The notes beneath the pieces were generated by a model, which saw only the letters and a program-made list of their open reading frames with translations, did not search any database and was not told the DNA's origin. The position numbers were made by a program, and so were the translations under genes. Of a DNA stretch of 64,000 nucleotides, positions 47,726 through 56,500 are shown one piece after another (position 1 is the stretch's first letter; every line of letters begins with the position of its first letter). Where the stretch lies: assembly GCA_044360075.1 (NCBI GenBank), contig JBIKLA010000018.1, positions 2,053 through 66,052 on the forward strand, written 5' to 3'. The DNA comes from Bdellovibrionota bacterium (lineage in GTDB: Bacteria; Bdellovibrionota_C; UBA2361; OMII01).

Positions 47726-48406
47726 ATGCCATCGATACGTGCAGGCCAAAAGGCGCCAAACTTTAAGCTTAACGACAAGGACGGTGGGGTTCACCAGCTC
47801 CAATCACCAGGGGCCGACTTCACCGTTCTCTACTTCTATCCCAAGGACAGCACCCCAGGTTGCACCCTAGAGGCCCAGGAGTTTACGGCAACCCTGAAGG
47901 ATTTTAAGGCCAGGGGAGCACGGGTGATCGGGATTTCCGGCGGCGATGGCTCGTCGAAGGCCAAGTTCTGCTCAAAGTACAAGCTCAACGTACCGCTGGT
48001 GTCGGACACTGACTTTAAGGTGGCAAAATCCTTCGGAGCGTACGGGGACAAGAAGTTCATGGGCCGCAGCTTCAAGGGTATCTTTCGCAAGACGTTCATT
48101 CTCGACAGCAAGGGAACGGTCGTAAAGGTGTTTGAGTCGGTTAAGCCCGAAGGGCACGCCACCGAGGTTCTGAAGGCCATCGACGCCATGACGCGCACCG
48201 GAGGCACGACAAAGAAGGCTGTGGCCAAGAAGGCTGCAACGAAGAAGACTCCTGTGAAGAAGGCCCCTGTGAAGAAGGCGCCTGTGAAGAAGGCAACGGT
48301 GAAGAAGGCAACTGCCAAGCGCACGCCGGCACAAACGAAGGCCGCACCGAGCAGTCGCAAAGCCACTGCTCGAGCCGCAAAGACGAGCTCACGCAAGAAG
48401 AAGTAG
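47726..48406 (+). CDS. bcp: Bcp/PrxQ peroxiredoxin with a C-terminal histone-H1-like K/A/P-rich tail
   Basis: LYFYPKDSTPGCTLEA (peroxidatic Cys), FCSKY and RKTFILD, followed by about 65 aa of KKAP/KKAT repeats. AAGGA RBS precedes ATG 47726. Confidence 0.93.
   Translation: MPSIRAGQKAPNFKLNDKDGGVHQLQSPGADFTVLYFYPKDSTPGCTLEAQEFTATLKDFKARGARVIGISGGDGSSKAKFCSKYKLNVPLVSDTDFKVAKSFGAYGDKKFMGRSFKGIFRKTFILDSKGTVVKVFESVKPEGHATEVLKAIDAMTRTGGTTKKAVAKKAATKKTPVKKAPVKKAPVKKATVKKATAKRTPAQTKAAPSSRKATARAAKTSSRKKK
48251..48310. repeat. 15-bp tandem repeat, 4 copies (PVKKA / TVKKA)
   Basis: CCTGTGAAGAAGGCN three times, then ACGGTGAAGAAGGCA. Confidence 0.9.
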
Positions 48407-48441
48407 CGCGCAATAACGTGGGGCGGGAGGGATCGGGAGCG

Positions 48442-49137
48442 CTAGCCGTTGTCGATCTCAACCGCCCACGTTGTCATGTCGTGGACGATGCACTCCGCGG
48501 CGGTGTTGCGGATCTCAGTCATGTTAATGATGTCCGGGCGGCGGTCCGTGAGCCCGAGAGTTGAGCTTACCTCGATCATGTCGGGGCGGTTCGTGGTGAC
48601 GGTGGACGTCCCGTACCACAGGGTGGCACCGGTTCGTACGTCGATAAGCTTGCTGTGAATCTCCCACTTGTCGAGGCGCGAAGGCCAGTCGACATAGCCG
48701 ATAACGATAAAATCGAGCCCGGCCGCCTTGGCAAAATCAAGCGAGCCATAGTTGCCCGAAAAGAACTCCTGCTTCCTTCCCGGCCAGTCCTCCTGGGCCA
48801 GCATCTGAACGATCGGGAAGATCTCCGTTTTTAGGAGCTGCTGCTGCACTCCAAAGGCAAGTTGTGACCCAAAGCCCCTGAATCCGTCGTAGCGATCGGT
48901 AAGATTTGCCTGCGTGATGAAAGGAATTACCCCCACCCGCGCCTGCTGCCCATGCTTAAAGTGCTGATACACATACGATTCGAGATCGGTCTGCACCCAA
49001 GCATGAGTATTGCACCACTCGCCAGCGTGGGTCCCCAAGAACGAGCAGCTCGATAAGAGGGTCATCAGCGTCAAAACGATGACACGTTTAGGGGAGCAGG
49101 AACGGACAGAGAAGTTCCGGGCAAATCGTATCTGCAT
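48442..49137 (-). CDS. Lipoprotein with FlgO/CsgG/TolB-N-like alpha/beta fold
   Basis: Lipobox LSSC; RVGVIPF, GLDFIVIGYV and SKLIDVRTGATLW segments. Start set at ATG 49137. Confidence 0.65.
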   Translation of the reverse strand: MQIRFARNFSVRSCSPKRVIVLTLMTLLSSCSFLGTHAGEWCNTHAWVQTDLESYVYQHFKHGQQARVGVIPFITQANLTDRYDGFRGFGSQLAFGVQQQLLKTEIFPIVQMLAQEDWPGRKQEFFSGNYGSLDFAKAAGLDFIVIGYVDWPSRLDKWEIHSKLIDVRTGATLWYGTSTVTTNRPDMIEVSSTLGLTDRRPDIINMTEIRNTAAECIVHDMTTWAVEIDNG

Positions 49138-49164
49138 GAGGTTATTATGGTTACTCCGAAGCTT

Positions 49165-50073
49165 ATGGACACTCAAAACACTACAACCGGCCGAGTCTGT
49201 AAGACAATCCAAAGTTTGTGCCAGGTCACGGCGCTTCTTGGCGGGCTCTGCCTGATAGCTCTTGCGGGGTGCAGCTCGCGCTATAGCGATGTTCCGGCTT
49301 TCTGGCCCATCCCCACGGAAGACTACACAAATTACGGGCCTGGACGCTTCAAGACATCCCTCCTGGCGCAACAGATCGACGAATATTACCGGGGCGCGGC
49401 GCCCGGTCCGATTGGGGTTACGACGTTCGTCAACATCGACGACCTCTATTCTTCGTCGACCTTCGGCCGCATGGTGGGCGAGCAGCTCATCAGCGAGCTT
49501 GCGATGAAGGGATTTGACGTCATCGAGCTGCGCCACTCAGATGCGCTGCAGTTCCTCGATTCGTCGGGCGAGTTCGCCCTGTCGCGAGACGTCCGGGCGG
49601 TCCGCCCGCAGCGCACCCTTGCGGCTGTCGTTGTTGGCACGTATGTCGTTTCGCCTGAGCGGGTGTACCTCAACGCGCGGCTCATTCAGCCATCAACGTC
49701 ACTCGTCCTCTCGGCCGGATCCGTCGAGATGTCCAAGACCACAGAGCTCGCCAAGCTTTTGCGGACCGGGTCGACCGTTGGATCGCTTGAGCGCATCCCG
49801 GTCAAGCCGGTGGGATACGCATCGCAGTACCCAAACTCCGTCGACTCGATGAGGCAGCAGTGGATACAGGAGGAGTCGGGGTGGAGCGTTCCGCAGCCGG
49901 CTGCTCCTTCGCTTCCTGAGTCTCGGCTCAACGTGGCGCCGAAGGTAGAGTCGTTTCCAAGTGAGACTCCGCAGTCAGCCGCCCAAGCCCCGGCCTCGGC
50001 GGCGAGCGCTGATGCTTCCCCGGCCGCGGCCGCAGCGGCCCCGAAGGTTCTCGGCGATATCGGACCGCAATAA
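49165..50073 (+). CDS. FlgO-domain outer-membrane lipoprotein with low-complexity tail
   Basis: Lipobox LAGC; IGVTTFVNIDD, TFGRMVGEQLISEL, GEFALSRD, VVVGTY and YLNARLI motifs. Start at 49165 or 49147. Confidence 0.82.
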   Translation: MDTQNTTTGRVCKTIQSLCQVTALLGGLCLIALAGCSSRYSDVPAFWPIPTEDYTNYGPGRFKTSLLAQQIDEYYRGAAPGPIGVTTFVNIDDLYSSSTFGRMVGEQLISELAMKGFDVIELRHSDALQFLDSSGEFALSRDVRAVRPQRTLAAVVVGTYVVSPERVYLNARLIQPSTSLVLSAGSVEMSKTTELAKLLRTGSTVGSLERIPVKPVGYASQYPNSVDSMRQQWIQEESGWSVPQPAAPSLPESRLNVAPKVESFPSETPQSAAQAPASAASADASPAAAAAAPKVLGDIGPQ

Positions 50074-50077
50074 TCGG

Positions 50078-50374
50078 TTACTTTTGGTTCTCTGGCGCGG
50101 GCTGGCTGAATCCGCCCGCAATCCTGCCTTCCACCACCTTGAACGGCTCCTGCTTTGGGCGGACGTTGAACTTCTTGCCCTTCCCAAGCCTGAGTTCCTC
50201 CAGGCGCCTCCTTTCCTTCAGGCACGCCTGGTCGATCAGCGCGTCTCCGGTGTTGCAGTAATCCTCAACCGTGAAGAAGTAGATCGGTATGCCGATCGCG
50301 ACGATGAGGCCGGCGACGAGAGCCGACAGCAGGAAGGTCCGCCGCTGAAGCATAGGAATCGCTTCTTGACGCAT
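50078..50374 (-). CDS. Small single-pass membrane protein
   Basis: RRTFLLSALVAGLIVAIGIPIYFF helix followed by a two-Cys basic ectodomain. Start at 50374 or 50353. Confidence 0.6.
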   Translation of the reverse strand: MRQEAIPMLQRRTFLLSALVAGLIVAIGIPIYFFTVEDYCNTGDALIDQACLKERRRLEELRLGKGKKFNVRPKQEPFKVVEGRIAGGFSQPAPENQK

Positions 50375-50641
50375 CGGCACGACGGTTGCCGACGGCGACC
50401 CTTTTTGAGTATTTGAAGCTCCCATTAGCGCCCTCCCAAAGGATCTCTTCGTCACAAAAGGATATTCCCTTGAGCCCGGCCTTTGGCATCAAACTTCCTG
50501 GTGTAAAACACGGGTTTTTCTGCTACCTTGCCCGGGCAGTTGTCAGGGCCCCTCATAGTAGGGTAATCACCTGACTCGGCTGAACTTTTGGGGGTTCGCC
50601 GAAGCAGCACACTGTAGCCAGTTTTTTAGCGAGCACGAGCC

Positions 50642-51331
50642 ATGAGCGAGAGCGACGTCACGAGTCACTTCTGGGTAGCTAACCCACCTTTCTTCTCATC
50701 GACCCTTCTGGTGGCGAGCACCCCGGATGCCTCTCAGGGGGAAAAGGTAGAGACGCATCTTGAGATCTTCGATGTTGATGGCACAAAGGTCAACGACGTG
50801 AGGGTCGAGTTTCCGGCCGGAGAGGTTGGGGTGATCGACCTTGAGCCGTTCGCGCAGGGCCTCAAGGCGCAGGGTGGCGTTGCCCACGGGCACCTCTCGG
50901 TGTCGTCGCCTCTTGGCACGCGCCACGTGTGCCGGCAAGCGATCGGCAGCAGCGTTTCGCTTGTGCAAGATCCCGTTGTTACGCGCGGCCGCGAAAGCTC
51001 GTTCACCCCGCTTATCATCGGCGCTCGGCGCGAGCACCAGATCGTGCTTGTGAACGCATCCGGGGACGTTGCGCAGGTCGCCATCAGGCTATTCTACGGT
51101 AATCGAGCTCCGGAGTGGAGCCTTGAGGTTGCGGGCAACGCAAGTAGGCTTATCTCCCTTGAGGCGGAGCTGCTTAACACCAGCGAGGATGGGTCATGGG
51201 AAAAGGGGGCGATTCAGGCGTACCTCCGTATAGCGCCGCGGCTGCAGGCGGCGGTCACCTGCCACCTGATCGAGCGGGTTCCGGGCGAAACCCCAGAGCA
51301 GGATTCGTTTCGCTGTTTGGCGACGTGGTAG
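50642..51331 (+). CDS. Hypothetical beta-rich protein
   Basis: Alternating beta-strand pattern; first of three co-oriented genes. Confidence 0.75.
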   Translation: MSESDVTSHFWVANPPFFSSTLLVASTPDASQGEKVETHLEIFDVDGTKVNDVRVEFPAGEVGVIDLEPFAQGLKAQGGVAHGHLSVSSPLGTRHVCRQAIGSSVSLVQDPVVTRGRESSFTPLIIGARREHQIVLVNASGDVAQVAIRLFYGNRAPEWSLEVAGNASRLISLEAELLNTSEDGSWEKGAIQAYLRIAPRLQAAVTCHLIERVPGETPEQDSFRCLATW

Positions 51332-51354
51332 GCTAGGGGAGCACAGGAGAAGAG

Positions 51355-52134
51355 ATGAAGCGAGTAGTCACCAATTCCGTCAGGACCCTGGTCTTCTGCC
51401 TATCAACGGCAACAATCAAGACCCGCATCCACTTCTTTCCTTCGGCGGGCAGCGCGGGCGGCCACATGCCCGTCACGTGCATCCTCACGCTCTTCGGCAA
51501 GGGCCTTGAGAAGAAGACGGTAATGCTCGACGGCGGGCGCCTTAACCAGCCTGATGGCCTGCGGCTTGAGGACGCGTTTCCGGCCCTGCGCGGAGAGGTT
51601 TCCGGAGTGTTTGGCCTTGAGGTCCGGCTCTCGTGCCCGCAGGGCCGCGTCAATCTGCTGAACTCCCAGGCTGCTGTTGAGTTCGTGTCGTCGACGTCTT
51701 CGATGCTCTATGGAGGAGCCCCGTTCTCTCCGATGACCGAGGAGGTCGATGAGATGAGCGTGTCGTCCATCGTCGATCGTATTGAGCCGCTTCAGAAGCG
51801 CAGCCCGACCGCCGTAGCGGTACAGGACGCAAGCCTTACCTCGTCGCTGGTGATCGTCAATGCGGGCCCGGAGGCCCTTAAGCCGGAGCTCACGCACGTG
51901 GCGGGAGAGTCGACCAAGCCGCTGCACCTCGGAACTCTCTCACCTGAGTCCGTGATCGAGGTTCCCCTCGACGAGGCGCTGTTCAGGGAGAGCAGCGTCA
52001 AAGAGACGCTGTGGGGAGCGACCAAAGTCGAGAAGATGGTCCTGCCGGAGTTTTCGCGCTCGCCCGAGTCGTCGTACTACATTCTGTACCGCGATCCCTC
52101 GTCCAAGCGTCCCGTGAGTGTCTGCTCGATATGA
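51355..52134 (+). CDS. Hypothetical beta-rich protein
   Basis: GGAAGAGAG RBS; ATGA-coupled to the next gene. Confidence 0.75.
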   Translation: MKRVVTNSVRTLVFCLSTATIKTRIHFFPSAGSAGGHMPVTCILTLFGKGLEKKTVMLDGGRLNQPDGLRLEDAFPALRGEVSGVFGLEVRLSCPQGRVNLLNSQAAVEFVSSTSSMLYGGAPFSPMTEEVDEMSVSSIVDRIEPLQKRSPTAVAVQDASLTSSLVIVNAGPEALKPELTHVAGESTKPLHLGTLSPESVIEVPLDEALFRESSVKETLWGATKVEKMVLPEFSRSPESSYYILYRDPSSKRPVSVCSI

Positions 52135-52910
52135 AACTAGCGGTCTTTAACCCCTATGGGCTCATGGATCAGGAGTCTGGGGTGGTGTACCTGCTCGCCA
52201 ATTTTTTGGGGAAGCAGGGGGCCGAAGTGCTCCAGCTGCGCTGTGACGGCGCCCAGCAGGCCTGCGCCCGTGACGTACTGAGTGGCGGGGTGCGCACCCC
52301 TTTTTCTTGCTCCCAATGCAGCGGCGAGCAGGCGGCGTTGGCGCAATGGTGCGGGGCGCGGCCCAAGGCACTCTCATCGCTCCTGAGCCCGAGCGACATC
52401 TCGCAGACTGCGCAGTGGCTCGCAGCTGCGGCGGGAGATGCCCTGTTTCGAGTCGAATTTCGCGGCGTAAACCTGTGGGAGCAATGCAGGGAGCAGTTCG
52501 TTTCACAGTGGAAGCTCCAGCCGGGCCAAGAGCTCACCCCTCAGCTCGACCGCAGCCTGCGGCAGCTCTTCACCTCCTACATGCACACCCGAATAGCTTC
52601 GGAGCGCTTCATCGCGGCATCCAAGGCGACCGCCCATTTCGTGACGAGACCTCGCGACGCCGCCTCGTCGGCGTACCTCGCTGAGGCGCGGGCCGCTTCC
52701 GGCAGCGAAATAGCCACCTTCTCATTCTCTGCAGAAGACGAGGCTATCCTCATAGAGACTGATGGCTCGCCACACCGCTACGAAACGCGGCTCGTCCTGC
52801 AGGGCATCACCTCCATGCGCAGCGACTTCCGCACATGGGCCCCTGAGGTGACTGCGATGGTGCATGAGATGCTTTCGTTTCTTGGGTATGCGCCAGATCG
52901 CCTTGCCTGA
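52131..52910 (+). CDS. Hypothetical Cys-motif protein resembling the N-terminal half of capsule-synthesis-type enzymes
   Basis: ESGVVYLLANFLGKQGAEVLQLRCDG...AC...FSCSQC pattern; ATGA overlap at 52131. Confidence 0.55.
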   Translation: MKLAVFNPYGLMDQESGVVYLLANFLGKQGAEVLQLRCDGAQQACARDVLSGGVRTPFSCSQCSGEQAALAQWCGARPKALSSLLSPSDISQTAQWLAAAAGDALFRVEFRGVNLWEQCREQFVSQWKLQPGQELTPQLDRSLRQLFTSYMHTRIASERFIAASKATAHFVTRPRDAASSAYLAEARAASGSEIATFSFSAEDEAILIETDGSPHRYETRLVLQGITSMRSDFRTWAPEVTAMVHEMLSFLGYAPDRLA

Positions 52911-52931
52911 GGCGCCACTGCGATTGCCCAA

Positions 52932-53534
52932 TCACGTCGTCTCGTGTGCCGCCGACCAGGCCGCTCTTGTGATTGCAACCCGATCTTCGGCCACCCACTG
53001 CCCGCGCTTCTGGAAACCCTCGGGGAGGTGCTTTGCAAAAGAGAGTCCGGCCCTCTCCAAAACTTTCTTGCTGGCAAGGTTCCAAGTTGCGTACGCAGCC
53101 TCAATTCGCTCCGCCTGCAGCGACTCAAACCCAAATCTCACTATCGCTTGTACGGCCTCGCTCATGTATCCCTTGCCCTGCTGGTCAGGGTGGGTCCAGT
53201 AGCCGAGGCTCCACACATTCGGCTCGGTGGTGCGGCGAATAGACACCCTCCCGATAAAATCCCCGCCCTGACGGCCATCGATCGTAAAAGAGTACGATTG
53301 GCCCTGCTCCCAAGCCTGAATGCATGAGCGTAGCGGCTCATGCAGCTCCTCTATCGTGGCCGGCGGATCCCACAGCATGCCGTCGTTAAAGCCTGGGTGG
53401 CGTGTGGCAGAGAAAACGGACGGGATGTCCTTCTCAGACGGAATGCGGAGCTGGCATCGGGGGGTCAGGATGGTGACGTCTTTGGGTAGGGGCGGTGGGA
53501 GGGCAGCCCGGGGATGTGTGTCTTGAGTTCGCAT
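52932..53534 (-). CDS. GNAT N-acetyltransferase, RimJ/RimL family
   Basis: LGYWTHPDQQGKGYMSEAV and NLASKKVLERAG motifs. Confidence 0.92.
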   Translation of the reverse strand: MRTQDTHPRAALPPPLPKDVTILTPRCQLRIPSEKDIPSVFSATRHPGFNDGMLWDPPATIEELHEPLRSCIQAWEQGQSYSFTIDGRQGGDFIGRVSIRRTTEPNVWSLGYWTHPDQQGKGYMSEAVQAIVRFGFESLQAERIEAAYATWNLASKKVLERAGLSFAKHLPEGFQKRGQWVAEDRVAITRAAWSAAHETT

Positions 53535-53558
53535 GTATCCTCTCTCAATCGTGATAGG

Positions 53559-56500
53559 CTAAGACCCGCCCGACGAGGGCCGCGGCAGACGCTCAAACCG
53601 AATCCGTGTTTTTGGGTTCGGCAGGAGCGCCTGCAGGGCTTTCGGGAGAACCTTGGCGATCGCTGGGGACGGGGCACCGTTTGCAATGGTCTCGCGCAGC
53701 AGTGCCGACACGGCCTTTTTCGGCACCATGCCGCCGAAGATGCCGCTATTCTTCTTGATAAATGGCATGACGATATCGGCGCACTCCTCCGCATAGAGCT
53801 GCTGTAGGCTTGGCGGCATGTCGGCTGAGAGGCCACTCGTAAGAAGCTGCATGAGTGTCTCACTCGACATCGGCGCGAGTGCCTTGAAGTAGTCGCCGAG
53901 CGATAGGATTGCCTTCTGCGCCTCGGTTACCATCTTCGATACCGGTATTCCCTGTTCGCGCAGCTGGCCCAGGATCCCCACCATGACTGGCGCAATGTCG
54001 GAGGGGGACGAGCACAGCATGGCGGTTGAGATGAGAACCTTCGCTAGCTGCCGGTGGTCGTCGTGAGACCACTGCTCAAGCGCCATAGCCTTGAAGTCGA
54101 AATGCCCGATGCCCTTGCCGATAGCAATCTGGCCGCCGTGCCGATCGCAGTCGAACTCTCCCTTGAGAATCGCGTTAAACTCCCGGGCTAGGATGGCCTT
54201 GGCCATGCGCTGCAGCTCAGGAGTCGTCCCGTCCCGCTCAAGTCGCGTGATGAAGTGCTCGCCCTTCATCTCTGACATTGTGAAAAAGTCCTCGCCGGAC
54301 CGAAACACCTCAGCCGAATCGAGCGGGATGGCGTGCCCGTCGACGTGGGCCACGAAACCACGGTAGTTCGCCGCAGCCCGCTCATATTGGGCCTTCGACA
54401 CCCAAAAATTTGACTCAAGCGAAGCCCGCTCGCGCGCGTCAGTTATAATGGGACGAATTGACTGCGCGATCGGATCGTCCTTGTCCATCGAGGCCACCAT
54501 GCGCAGCATGATGTCAAAGCCGTCCTCTGCGCGGGCTTGGCAATTGGGGCGCCGCAGGCACAACAATCCCTCATTGACCTCAACGACGATATTCATCGAG
54601 CCGCACCCACGCAGCTTGCCGATATGCCCGAAGGACACCCCGTCCCGAGCCTCGATGATGTCAAGGAGGCGGAATATCTGGGCGCGTGATGGTGCCTGCG
54701 TCTTGTACTTAAGGTGCCGCGCGTGCTCAATAAGGTCACGACGAAAATCGTCAGGAAGCCCCGGGGCATCCATGAGGACCTGTACGAACTTGATCTCCGC
54801 TGGCCCCTGGCTTTCGGCGAACTTGGCTAGGATTGCCCCGGGCGTCGTGGCTGCCTGCCTACCGGGCTGCCCGGCGGTAAGGAGCGCAACGAGGGCGAGG
54901 TGCTGGGCGTGTTCCGGAAGGGCGTGAACGTAGCGCTTAAGGAGATCTCGTGTTGCCGCATGGTGCGGCATGCTTGGAGGAAGCACCGCCTCTACAACGA
55001 AGTCGAATGAGTTATCCACCGAGAGCCGGGCTGCAGTGGGAAGAAGCTCCTTGGCGAAAAGAGCCCGGCCCTCAAGGGGAAGCCGCCAAAACTCCTTGTG
55101 GAGCATCTTGAGGGTATTGCGGGTTATCATGCGCGATGCCGACTCAAGATCGTCGAACCCGCGGGCGCTGGCACCGGTTTGCGGAAGCATGTGCACGATC
55201 TGTTCAGTGAGGTCTGCAGTTTCGGCTGGGGTGCCCTCACTAAGCAGATAGCGCAAGAAACGGTTGCGCTCCTCTTCGTGGGCCTTTACCACAGTGATCA
55301 GGGCCTCGGCGTCGTGACCTAGCGCCAGGAGGGAGAACTTGGAGAAAGCGCGGGAGGATTGCACCAGCCGCTCGATGGTCATGGAGCATTCGCGTTGGCT
55401 TAGAAGTGATTCGGCCAGTTCAAAACCGAGCTGCTGCAGGTCAGCCCCTGCTGTTGAGTCGACGAGCGGTTGGATCCGCTCCTCAACGCGCCGTCTGAAG
55501 CCCTCGGAACGATCGTCGGCACCGAGCGTCAGCGCGGCATCCTTAACCCACATTGAGATAATTCGGTCTCGCAGCTCCGGCTGCCGTATTCTCGAGCCCG
55601 AGAGCAGCCGCTCAAGGGCGGCACGGCGAGGCTCAGAGGGGAGCTCAAGCTTCTCGATAGAGGAAAGTATGTGCGCCAGGAACCTCTCCTCCGCCTTGGT
55701 GCCGAGCAGGTCAAGCGCATAGAGATCTCGCCATGCCCTGGCCAAGTCCGGCACTGAGGGGCCGTCCTGCTCGAACGGTATCTTCGCTATGAGGGGGGAG
55801 ATCTCCGATGAGGTAAGGAAGCGCCACGGGTCGTTGAAGCCCATCTCGAGGCGCTTGCAGATTGATGCTATGGTCACAAGGTCCGAACTGGTGAGCGAGC
55901 CAGACTGAAGAATTCCGAGTAGATCTGTGGTACACAGCGCCATTGAGCCTGAAATTGATTGGCTTCCGGGGGCCCCGTCGCTAATTGAATCCCAGTCCGT
56001 AAAGAGAGAGTTCTGGGGTTGGGAATCGATCCACTGGAGCAGCGCCTTCGCAGAGATCTGTTTCGGGTACCCAAGGCGTTTTTCGCAGAGGCTGCGCATC
56101 TCGTCGGGGACGTAGTTGTTTGTCTCGGTTGCCGCCTGGCGCACCACGCTTCGTATCTGGTCATCCGATAGGTCGGGCGCGAGCGTTGTGACAAAAGCCC
56201 GCAGGGGGGAGGTGACCGTCTTCTGCGAGGAAGACGCACGCGCATCCCGCTCCACATGGGGGTCTCGGTAGTAGAGCTGAAAAGACTTAGAGGGCAAGAG
56301 TTCAACCACGGCGTCGTACAGCGGGCGATTGCTGGCCTTCGCTGCACTAAGGGCCGCAAAAAGATCGAGGATATTCCGTTCGGTGAATTCCTCCTTGTGG
56401 GAGAGCGCTATCGAGGCATTTTTGGCATGCATCACGATGAAGTGTGAGTTCTCTAGCACGACCTTGAGCAGCTCCGGGTCACACGAGGCGCCGGGCGTGC

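Noticed and set aside
49138-49536. N-terminal extension of the 364-aa track ORF
   Set aside because: Overlaps the FlgO gene on the opposite strand; the lipoprotein signal starts at ATG 49137.
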